Source: a virus (taxonomy: Duplodnaviria > Heunggongvirae > Uroviricota > Caudoviricetes). Taken from it: 20,352 nucleotides of DNA. The stretch lies in the IMG/VR virus record IMGVR_UViG_3300010367_000170; one strand, written 5' to 3'. The translations under genes were made by a program, and so were the position numbers. Below, one piece after another: positions 13,152 through 20,352 of this stretch (the first letter of the stretch is position 1; each line of letters starts with the position of its first letter). A model generated the notes under the pieces. It had not been told where the DNA came from, did not search any database, and was given only the letters and a program-made list of their open reading frames with translations.

Positions 13152-13758
13152 CAGCGACCTGGAAGCAAGCCAGTCCCAGTTTCCGCCACAGGTACACGCA
13201 GCGGTCACGGTCGTCCAGGACCAGGTGCGGATGCCAGAGGTCCCGGACGTGTTTGTCGAAGAGTTCCAGCTTCACGATGTCGTCACCGCGCCGGTCCCCT
13301 CCGGGGCGCATGTGCAGCTCGTCATACGGAACCTGGAACTTCTTCAGCCACCGCTCCGTGTGGGGCCGGTACTCCTCTTGGCGGCCGGACAGCAGGATGA
13401 TCCGCTGGCCGTCTCTGCGGAACAAGTCCAGGGCGTAGACGACCTGCTTGTACTCGGTGTCGGTTTCGACCTTGTCGAAGTCGTACGGGCCACGGTTGGT
13501 GTGCAGGGCCAGGGTGCCGTCGATGTCGCAGACGATAGCTGGGGGCTGCCCGTTGAACTCGTACGTCCTGGCGAACTCCACATCGACGGCGAGGCCGGTG
13601 AACCTGTGGCTGGGCTCTGTGGCGATGATGGCGCTGCGGGCGTCGTTCTCCACGTCCGTGATGCGACGGGAGACGCCGGGGAGCAGGTGCCTGCCGGTCT
13701 GAACCTTCCAGGCCCACTCCACGCCGTCGGAGTCCACGGTGACGGTGTAGTCGCTCAC
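13138..13758 (-). CDS. HAD-family phosphatase of the Pnkp 3'-phosphatase type with a short N-terminal extra domain
   Basis: DIDGTL (DxDxT), LLSGR, LHMRP..DRRGDDIVKLEL, DDRDRCVYLWRKLGL: motif order as in the C-terminal domain of T4-type polynucleotide kinase/phosphatase. No P-loop. GTG overlaps the upstream TGA. Confidence 0.85.
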   Translation of the reverse strand: MSDYTVTVDSDGVEWAWKVQTGRHLLPGVSRRITDVENDARSAIIATEPSHRFTGLAVDVEFARTYEFNGQPPAIVCDIDGTLALHTNRGPYDFDKVETDTEYKQVVYALDLFRRDGQRIILLSGRQEEYRPHTERWLKKFQVPYDELHMRPGGDRRGDDIVKLELFDKHVRDLWHPHLVLDDRDRCVYLWRKLGLACFQVADGAF

Positions 13759-13988
13759 TTGTACATCCATGTCCACTCGGAGGCGTTTGGATCCCACTCC
13801 ACGTCCAGGCTGTAACACTCTCCGTTGAAGGCCCACTCCACGGAATAGGACGCGCCTTCTTCATCGACGTCGGGGCAGACGGCGAAGCCGAGAGAGTGTG
13901 AGCGGTTCAGCAGCGCCGCAAGGTCTTTGGCGACAAGAGCGGCGCTTACGGCAACGTGCTGCTGAAAGTTCTCTCTGATATCGCTCAT
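13755..13988 (-). CDS. Hypothetical protein (77 aa, MSDIRENF...)
   Basis: ATGA overlap upstream and GTGA overlap downstream. Confidence 0.6.
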   Translation of the reverse strand: MSDIRENFQQHVAVSAALVAKDLAALLNRSHSLGFAVCPDVDEEGASYSVEWAFNGECYSLDVEWDPNASEWTWMYK

Positions 13989-14416
13989 GCTGCCGCCGCG
14001 TACAGGTCGGTCTGGGTCGGGTGGGTATCGACGTACCGCATGAGTCCGGCCAGGACGGTGCCGATGTCGCCGCGCAGCAGGGTACGGGAGGCTTCTCTGG
14101 TGGCGCGTCGTTCGCTGCGAGCGTCTGCGATGCGGGAGATGGCCATCTCCTGGTGCAGGTCGATCCTGGGCATGACGGAGGTGTCCACGATGTCGTCGTA
14201 CACGGCGCGCGGGATGACGCGCTGGCCGACGTGGACACCGGCGGGGGTGCCGACGGGGTTGGTGAGGGGCTTGGCGGAGGCCAGGGATCCCTGGGGAGGC
14301 TTGGCCACCCACATGTCGATCTTCCATCCCCAGCCGTCGCTGTCGGCGACCGTGCGGCGCACACGGCTGGCAGTACCGGCGAAACGGCGGGTGAGCTTGT
14401 CCTTCAGGTTCCACAC
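13985..14416 (-). CDS. Hypothetical protein (143 aa)
   Basis: GTG with SD AAGGAG; GC3 bias. Confidence 0.7.
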   Translation of the reverse strand: MWNLKDKLTRRFAGTASRVRRTVADSDGWGWKIDMWVAKPPQGSLASAKPLTNPVGTPAGVHVGQRVIPRAVYDDIVDTSVMPRIDLHQEMAISRIADARSERRATREASRTLLRGDIGTVLAGLMRYVDTHPTQTDLYAAAA

Positions 14417-14478
14417 GGTCGTCTCCTTGTCTTTTGAGTAAGGCTTTCGCTACGTTACCGGATTTTCGGAGGAAGTCG

Positions 14479-15009
14479 CTACGACTTCGTAGGAGAAGGG
14501 TCCGGCGTGCGGTTCCCCGTGGCCGTAGGCGCACTAGTAGGGGTAGGCGTGGGGGCCGGGCTGGTAGCGGTTGCAGGAGGCTGAGAGGAAGGCTTAGAGG
14601 TGGGATCAGGGGTAGGTGACGGCATGGGGGACGGCTTGAACGTCGGAGACGGCTTGGAAGTCGTAGAGGGTGGAGACGGCTTCGAATAGGTCGGAGACAC
14701 CGGCCGGTAAGTAGGGTGCGCCGGAACCGTGGAGGTCATCGCCGGAGAAGTTGGTTTGGGCGGCTGTGCCGGTCTTGTTGTCGCGCGGATCGCGGAGCTG
14801 ACCGATGTTGGCTGTGACGACGGCGTGAACACGGTCCCGCTCGAATACGGGTACGGGGTTGCCGGGTTAGCTCTGTGCGGAGGAGTACCGAATGCCACTG
14901 CCGCCAGCGCGACAGCGGACGCTCCGGCTATCGCGGAACAGACCACGGCCAGGGTGCCGTTCGCGGCCCGGCGCCTACGCGGAGGGGGGTAGTGAACGGT
15001 GGTTTCCAT
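14479..15009 (-). CDS. Membrane-anchored Pro/Ser/Thr-rich protein (176 aa)
   Basis: ATG 15009 with GGAGG SD; RRRR followed by a hydrophobic helix, then a low-complexity PST tail. Confidence 0.6.
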   Translation of the reverse strand: METTVHYPPPRRRRAANGTLAVVCSAIAGASAVALAAVAFGTPPHRANPATPYPYSSGTVFTPSSQPTSVSSAIRATTRPAQPPKPTSPAMTSTVPAHPTYRPVSPTYSKPSPPSTTSKPSPTFKPSPMPSPTPDPTSKPSSQPPATATSPAPTPTPTSAPTATGNRTPDPSPTKS

Positions 15010-15112
15010 AGTGCTTTCCTCCGGGCTCTCCCGAGGGGTCCAGATGTCGTCCACGGCTTTCCTCCGTTGGGTTAGGCGGGCAGGTGTGCGGCGACTCGCC
15101 GCCTATATAGGT

Positions 15113-15182
15113 ATCGTAATGAACGGCTACGTTACCGCGAAATCGAGCCCGCTTTACGCCGCTAAACAATAGGGTATACGAT
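15113..15182. promoter_or_regulatory. AT-richer divergent promoter region with TACGAT -10-like boxes on both strands
   Basis: Minus-strand TACGAT at 15113-15118; plus-strand TTTACG-18 nt-TACGAT at 15153-15182; lies between divergent genes. Confidence 0.3.
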
Positions 15183-15257
15183 ACTCCTAAAGCTGCCCCG
15201 GAAGGACAGCCTGACGTGGGCCAACACCACAAGAAAACCCGACCTGAGGAGAAGCGA

Positions 15258-16679
15258 ATGGGCGGAAAGAAAGACCTGGAAGATCTCGCCAGCCAGGTCG
15301 CAGCAACACCGGGCTGGGAGTCCGACAAGACCACCTCCGGACACTGGCAGTTCACCAGCCCCGGTAATGAGCAAGTCATCGTCAGCTACACCCCCGGCAG
15401 CATCCGAACCCTGGCCAACGCCAAGGCCGAACTGCGCCGCAAGGGCTGGGATGAGGAAGCCGCCAAACGCGCCAAGGACGACAAGCGCGTGGAACGTCTG
15501 GCCGCCGACAAGGAGCTGGAGGCCAAGATGATGGACGCCGCCCTGAAGAAGGCCGCATCAGAGGCTCTGAAGAAGGCGTCCGAGGACGACCTGGAGCAGC
15601 AGCTCCTGCAAGCGGAAGCGGTCAAGCCGAACCCCGTCGTCAACCCGTTCCTGGCAGCGCCGGTGGCGCTCGCCAACATGATCAAGCCGGAGGAACATAT
15701 GGCACCCAACAAGCACTCCAACCCGTTCCCCGCCTCCGCGCGGGACCGGGACAAGCCCGGCCTGTACTGGGTGACGCCGGACATGGCTGACAAGGCTCTG
15801 GAGAAGGGGCCGTGCCGTCAGCGCACCGTCTACGACACCAACGTGGCCAAGATCAAGAAGGCCATGGAGACCGGCCGTTTCCTGGAGAACGAGGTGGACC
15901 GCATCGCCTTCGACATCCACGGCTGCTGCTCCAACGGCCAGCACCGGCTGTTCTCCGTCCTCGACGCCGACCCGGACCAGCTGGCCAAGCACTACCCCAA
16001 CGGGGTACCGATGCACGTCGTGTTCGGGATCGACCCGGAAGACATCGACGTGATCGACACCGGCCGGTCCCGGTCCGTCAAGGACGCCCTGGACGTGGAC
16101 GGGCTGCCCGAGTTCGGCAACAACGGCTCCGCCGTCCTGCGGCTCATCATGAACTACGACTCCGGCGTGCCGTGGACCGGCTGGAACCACAACGTGTGGA
16201 CCAACGACGAATTCCGCGCCGCTGCCCGTGGCGGACTGAGGGACGTCAAGGACTACCTGGCGTACTCCCAGAAGCTGAACCGCAAGGCCAAGCTGGTCAA
16301 GACCGTGGGCGCTGCCGCATCGTTCCTGATGGACCGGGACAACCCGGAAGGCGGTGGCAAGGAACACCCGGAGCGCACCAACGAGGAGTTCTGGGCCGGA
16401 GTGTGCTTCGAAGTCGCCTTGGAGCCGGACGACCCCCGTGCCGCGCTGTACAAGTTCCTGACCAACCTGAAGGACGACAGGAACCGCAAGGTGCCCACCC
16501 CCGTCATCCTGGGCCACGTGCTGCGGCAGTACGCCAACTGGCACCTGAACATGTCCATCGTCAACTCCCGGCAGGACGACGACTGGCCGATGCCGCAGGT
16601 GTGGCAGCCCGGGATGCGGTTCATCAACGGACAGCTGCGGCACCCGCAGCGGGTCGTGAACAACCGCACCAAGAAGTAA
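15258..16679 (+). CDS. Fusion of an N-terminal HicA-like domain and a ParB/Srx-like (xGQHRL) domain
   Basis: 'GWESDKTTSGHWQFTSPGNEQVIVSYTPGSIRTLANAKAELRRKGW' is HicA-like; 'VTPDMA..RQR..V..I...M..G.F..IAFD..G..SNGQHRL' is ParB-N-like. Start 15258 has SD GAGGAGAAG. Confidence 0.7.
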   Translation: MGGKKDLEDLASQVAATPGWESDKTTSGHWQFTSPGNEQVIVSYTPGSIRTLANAKAELRRKGWDEEAAKRAKDDKRVERLAADKELEAKMMDAALKKAASEALKKASEDDLEQQLLQAEAVKPNPVVNPFLAAPVALANMIKPEEHMAPNKHSNPFPASARDRDKPGLYWVTPDMADKALEKGPCRQRTVYDTNVAKIKKAMETGRFLENEVDRIAFDIHGCCSNGQHRLFSVLDADPDQLAKHYPNGVPMHVVFGIDPEDIDVIDTGRSRSVKDALDVDGLPEFGNNGSAVLRLIMNYDSGVPWTGWNHNVWTNDEFRAAARGGLRDVKDYLAYSQKLNRKAKLVKTVGAAASFLMDRDNPEGGGKEHPERTNEEFWAGVCFEVALEPDDPRAALYKFLTNLKDDRNRKVPTPVILGHVLRQYANWHLNMSIVNSRQDDDWPMPQVWQPGMRFINGQLRHPQRVVNNRTKK

Positions 16680-16691
16680 CACCCCACTGAC

Positions 16692-16737
16692 GTCAGGCCC
16701 CAACGCATACACAGGGCTCCCCCGCCCGGGGCCTGAC
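16692..16737. terminator. 10-bp inverted repeat between convergent genes
   Basis: gtcaggcccc ... ggggcctgac with a 26-nt loop. Confidence 0.4.
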
Positions 16738-16777
16738 AGCCGTCCGCCGGACCCGGACGGCCACGCGACGCGGTGAC

Positions 16778-17686
16778 CTACACGGTCACCGCGTCGTTGC
16801 GCTTCTCCCGGACGGAGACGGCGCGGTCAAGTTCCTCATCGGCGGTACCGCAGTCGGTGACCTTGGTTCGGAAGTACGAGACCACGCTGATCCGCTCGGC
16901 GCCGCAGTCCTTGCAGTACTTGTCCAGGACGTTCCCGCAGGCGCAGACGATAGCTGTGTTCCCGTGGAATTCGTGCGCATCCATCAGGATCAGGTCCCCG
17001 TCCTGAAGATCCACCGCGACCCGGTACTCCGGGAACGTCAGACGTCCTCCCGTGAACTCCCCTCGCCGGATACAGGCGATAGTGGAGAACCCCTTGTCCA
17101 AGTCCCCCTTGTCGGTGTGGACGCCGGTCGGGTAGGTGTTGTTGACGGTGACGGTGGAGAACGGAGTGCCCGGTACCACCCACTCCGGCTTGGAGGCTTT
17201 TGCTTCAGCGAGCTGGTTGGCGTACCGGTCCGGGACGTACTCCTCCAGGTACCTGGCGACCTGGATCAGGAACGGCTGGAGGTTCTTCCATTGGGGCAGG
17301 TTGTCGCCGGTCCAGGCGGTCAGGCGGCAGTAGCGGTAGATCCCTCCGGGGTCAATCGCGCCGATGATCGCAGAGGGCACGTCTTTGGCGTAGGTGCGGT
17401 TCTGGCCGTTGCGCTTGACGCGGACGCTACCGGCGGCCATGCCCCGGTTCTTGCTGACAGCGTTCCAGAGGCTGTGGAGGATCGTATACACCTCATCGGT
17501 GACGACGTCCTTCATGGCTCCGGGCAGGTACACGCACAACGGCGAACCGTTCGGTTTGCGGACGTACGCCGGTCCGGTCAGCAGGATGTTGTAGTCGGCA
17601 TCAGTGAGGATCTTCGCGATCTTCTCATCCATCTCCTGCTTCGAGATCTTCGAACGCAGACGGATGTCAACGAGAGGGACGCTCAC
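16778..17686 (-). CDS. TET/JBP-family 2-oxoglutarate/Fe(II) dioxygenase (302 aa)
   Basis: NRG..AG, RYCRLT, PFSTVTVNN..TGVHTDKGD (HxD), GGRLTFPEY, HEFHGNT (distal H), ERISVVSYFR. GTG overlaps the upstream TGA. Confidence 0.88.
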   Translation of the reverse strand: MSVPLVDIRLRSKISKQEMDEKIAKILTDADYNILLTGPAYVRKPNGSPLCVYLPGAMKDVVTDEVYTILHSLWNAVSKNRGMAAGSVRVKRNGQNRTYAKDVPSAIIGAIDPGGIYRYCRLTAWTGDNLPQWKNLQPFLIQVARYLEEYVPDRYANQLAEAKASKPEWVVPGTPFSTVTVNNTYPTGVHTDKGDLDKGFSTIACIRRGEFTGGRLTFPEYRVAVDLQDGDLILMDAHEFHGNTAIVCACGNVLDKYCKDCGAERISVVSYFRTKVTDCGTADEELDRAVSVREKRNDAVTV

Positions 17687-18231
17687 CGCAGCACCTCCAA
17701 AGCGGGCACAGCCTCCATCAAAACCTCCACCAGTTCCTGCGGGGTCCGCATAGCGTCCAAGTCCCAGCCGCCGATAGCGGCACGGAGGTTCGCCGCGCGG
17801 GTGCTGGCTCCCTGGACCCACTTCTCGTTCTGGTTGCTGCCACGTTTGCGGCGGCGTGCTTCCAGCTCCTGCCGGGTAGCGTCTAGATAGAACGTGTGCA
17901 CGTCGTATTCAGCTCCCCTCGCTGCCTCTAGGAAGCCGCGCGTGGCGAGCCTTGCCCCTTCGCCCAGGATGAGACGGTACGGAGCCGTACGCACCCAGGA
18001 GACAGCTTCTGGCTGGATACTCATCGATAGGGCGTCGGTACCGGAGAACGCTTCGCGGCGGCGGCCCAACTCGGCGCCTCGAAGCTTGTTGCCGTGGAAC
18101 AGGATGTCGTGCGGCACCTTCGCAGCCGACGACGCGGAGCGGTCGCAGTGTTTCGTCAACTCCGCCATCAGAGTGGACTTCCCCGCTCCAGGCGGCCCGT
18201 AGAAGTACACAAACGTCCCTGCGCCTACCAC
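17683..18231 (-). CDS. P-loop nucleotide/nucleic-acid kinase of the type linked to base-modification clusters
   Basis: Walker A GPPGAGKST, GTDALS, ILGEGARL, lid RRRKRGS. Confidence 0.8.
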   Translation of the reverse strand: MVGAGTFVYFYGPPGAGKSTLMAELTKHCDRSASSAAKVPHDILFHGNKLRGAELGRRREAFSGTDALSMSIQPEAVSWVRTAPYRLILGEGARLATRGFLEAARGAEYDVHTFYLDATRQELEARRRKRGSNQNEKWVQGASTRAANLRAAIGGWDLDAMRTPQELVEVLMEAVPALEVLR

Positions 18232-19028
18232 GAGTCCACCATCTCTTCCGCTTCCGCCGGAGCCAACGCGTAGCCGGTCCGGTGGTAGCCAGTCAGTACG
18301 TAATGGCCGTCCGGGTGTTGGAACGCGCGCGGTTCTGTCTGGATCCTCTGCCCGTACACCGGGGTCCAGCCGTTCTTCACCGCAATCCCCAACTCCTCCG
18401 CCAGACGCAGCATCTTGTGGGCCTGTTCCCTCGCGGCCTCTGCGGTGGTGGCGCTGGAGGAACCGAGACGGGCGCTGCCTCCGACGACTCCGGCGGTGAG
18501 GGTCTTGTACGGCGCCATGTGGTGAACCCGCAGGGTGTACTCGTTCAATGCCGACTTGTGAGCAACCCAGGTAACGCCGTGGGTGATCTTGCCTTTGCCG
18601 GTGGACGACCCGATAGCCATCACTACCTTGTCGCCGGTGAACTCCTTACCGTTCCTCAGCGTCACCTTGCGGCCGTCAGCTGACACGGCAATGCCTTTGA
18701 TAGCGAGCGCAGCGACTTCGATCAGAGGCTCAGCCGGGTCCAGCATCCGCCAGTCCTTGTCCAGTTTCAGGTTGGGGTTGCGGTACGACGTCACCAACGC
18801 GCCTTCCCGCATCTGCACCTTCCACTGCCGGTACAGCTCTATGCTGCGGTCCCACAGCTGAACATCCCGCCGGTCTTTGACGTGGTACCCGCGTCGCAGT
18901 ATCGCCGTCGCCGCGAGCGAACCAGCTGCCTGCCCGTCGGTGATGTGGGTGACGGCGTACCCCTTTGCCCAGCAGGCCCGCACAACGGAACATCCGGCGA
19001 TACCGGCTCCTACAACGATCACTTTCAT
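18225..19028 (-). CDS. FAD-dependent oxidoreductase (DAO/glycine-oxidase-like)
   Basis: N-terminal VIVVGAGIAG dinucleotide fold; C-terminal TGYHRTGYALAP. Confidence 0.85.
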   Translation of the reverse strand: MKVIVVGAGIAGCSVVRACWAKGYAVTHITDGQAAGSLAATAILRRGYHVKDRRDVQLWDRSIELYRQWKVQMREGALVTSYRNPNLKLDKDWRMLDPAEPLIEVAALAIKGIAVSADGRKVTLRNGKEFTGDKVVMAIGSSTGKGKITHGVTWVAHKSALNEYTLRVHHMAPYKTLTAGVVGGSARLGSSSATTAEAAREQAHKMLRLAEELGIAVKNGWTPVYGQRIQTEPRAFQHPDGHYVLTGYHRTGYALAPAEAEEMVDSW

Positions 19029-19894
19029 GTGCGCTCCAGGATCTTTCCGGTGTCGCGGTATGCGCGTTTACGGTTCGTATCGGTGTCGGTCCAGCCGTAG
19101 ATCTCGCCCAGGTACAGATGAGGGAGGGTGTGGAACCGGGCGTCCAGAGCGCGTCTGGTCCAGCCGGACTGCACGTCCAGGATCTGCCGCAGCATCTGGT
19201 CAATGTCGTGGCCCACGTAGTACCGGCCGGTAGCCAGGGAATGGAAGTCGCACAGAGTCGTCTCCACTTCCTCCACGGGGGCTTGGAGACCTTCCATCTC
19301 CAAACGAATCCGCACGATCTCCGAGACCTTGTCCAGCTCCCGAACTGTTTCCTTACCGTTTCCCCTGGGAAGGTTCGGCAGCAGCAGGTCCAGGCCCTGC
19401 CGGGGACCGGAGGAGTGGGCATGTCCCATGTCGGTGGCCCGGACCTGAACGTCGCAGACCTTCCACAGGATCTCTGCCGTCTTGTACGACGCCCAACGGC
19501 CGTTGCCCCAGATACCCAGCAGGGCGTCGTTGAGTTTCCCCCAGGCTTCACGCGGGTCGGCGGATCCCTGGAGGGCTCTGCTTATCCAGCCTTCCCATCC
19601 CCCTGGCATAGCCTCCACCTCTCGGAGCGCTCCGAGATGCCTCTGAAGCTTGCGGTCATCCCGGTGGCCACGGCGTTCCGTCGCGCACGGCAGAGGACCT
19701 GTCTCGCCCAGGAACGATGCCATCCCGGAACCCAGGTGGTAGTAGGCGATGTACCGCATCACCAGCCGGATACGGTCTTCCGGCGTCAGGTTGTCGTATT
19801 GGGACAGCTGTTTCAGCACAGGATAGGTGGGGTCCACGTCTCTGGTCTGCAACGCCAGATCGTGGAATCTGATGTAGTCCTCCCAGACGGACAT
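19025..19894 (-). CDS. Amino acid:DNA transferase / aGPT-pyrophosphorylase-like protein (HhH DNA-glycosylase-like fold)
   Basis: GNGRWASYKTAEIL (HhH-like) and EVETTLCDFHSLATGRYYVGHDID; context next to a kinase and TET/JBP. Confidence 0.75.
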   Translation of the reverse strand: MSVWEDYIRFHDLALQTRDVDPTYPVLKQLSQYDNLTPEDRIRLVMRYIAYYHLGSGMASFLGETGPLPCATERRGHRDDRKLQRHLGALREVEAMPGGWEGWISRALQGSADPREAWGKLNDALLGIWGNGRWASYKTAEILWKVCDVQVRATDMGHAHSSGPRQGLDLLLPNLPRGNGKETVRELDKVSEIVRIRLEMEGLQAPVEEVETTLCDFHSLATGRYYVGHDIDQMLRQILDVQSGWTRRALDARFHTLPHLYLGEIYGWTDTDTNRKRAYRDTGKILERT

Positions 19895-20352
19895 CAGACG
19901 GGGCTGCTGATGTGGTTGTAGTGGTTGCAGTGGTCGCAGTCTTTGCCGTGTTCGGCGCGGGCTGCGACGGTGAGCTTCAGGCCGCGTGCGGCCCGCAGCA
20001 GGATCTCGCCGTTGGTGAGGTCTCCGTTGGCGTCCAGGGAGGAGCGGAGACCGGCGAGGTGGCGGTGAAGCTCATCGTGGTCGTCCTGGGGGAGGATGAT
20101 CACGGTCTCGCGGATGCCGCGCGCGGCGAGGGATTCGCCGGATCCGAGTTCGGCGCGGGCTGCGGCTTGCTCCGGGGTTTCGGCGTACTGGGCTTCGGTG
20201 GCGACGTACGGGGTCTCAGCGACCTGGTCCAAAGCGGAGAGCAGGTCATCCAGGTCGTCCGCTTCCCAGCCGGTGCCGACGTAGTCGCCATCGAGCTGTT
20301 CCAGCAGGGCCGCCAGGGATTCGTCGTGGTATCCGGCGCGTTCGCCGATGCG
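19894..20352 (-). CDS. C-terminal part of a ParB-like nuclease-domain protein (5' end outside the window)
   Basis: Frame is open to the window edge: RIGERAGYHDESLAALLEQLDGDYVGTGWEADDLDDLL, a typical tail after phage ParB-N domains. Stop overlaps the next ATG. Confidence 0.6.
   Translation of the reverse strand, partial: RIGERAGYHDESLAALLEQLDGDYVGTGWEADDLDDLLSALDQVAETPYVATEAQYAETPEQAAARAELGSGESLAARGIRETVIILPQDDHDELHRHLAGLRSSLDANGDLTNGEILLRAARGLKLTVAARAEHGKDCDHCNHYNHISSPV

Noticed and set aside
14449-15137. 12-bp direct repeat GCTACGTTACCG at 14449-14460 and 15126-15137, both upstream of leftward genes
   Set aside because: Only two copies. Several 12-mer repeats are expected by chance in 20 kb, and the distance to the start codons differs. 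It would need genome-wide recurrence to be called an operator.
15558-16712. 384-aa minus-strand ORF (and the 292-aa alternative frame at 15812)
   Set aside because: Shadow frames of the HicA/ParB-like gene.
16964-19921. Long plus-strand ORFs at 16964-17890 and 18965-19921
   Set aside because: Antisense shadows of the TET/JBP and transferase genes.

Overview
GC-rich window that looks like part of an actinobacterial phage or prophage genome (inferred from gene content; no structural or integrase genes are visible). Left (26-3937): small phage-type genes, including Zn-motif and HTH proteins. Centre (3998-11939, minus strand): a Ro60/Rsr (TROVE-vWA) gene preceded by a ~6.3 kb RNA-gene array. The array holds 23 recognisable tRNAs, about 7 aberrant tRNA-like elements and three sub-50-aa ORFs with strong SD sites. 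It also holds seven copies of a conserved Y-RNA-like (YrlA-like) scaffold, five next to the Ro gene and two at the far 5' end of the array. Their inner modules differ: permuted tRNA, permuted tRNA with an intact Lys(UUU)-type anticodon loop, D-before-T order with a GNRA cap, or no tRNA module. Upstream on the same strand (12014-15009) lie small genes including a Pnkp-type HAD 3'-phosphatase and an Xre/MbcA-like protein. A divergent HicA-like/ParB-like fusion gene follows (15258-16679). The right end (16778-20352, minus) is a translationally coupled DNA-base hypermodification cluster: ParB-like (partial), amino acid:DNA transferase-like, FAD oxidoreductase, P-loop kinase, TET/JBP dioxygenase. 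All calls come from manual motif reading and hand folding; no database search or covariance model was run.
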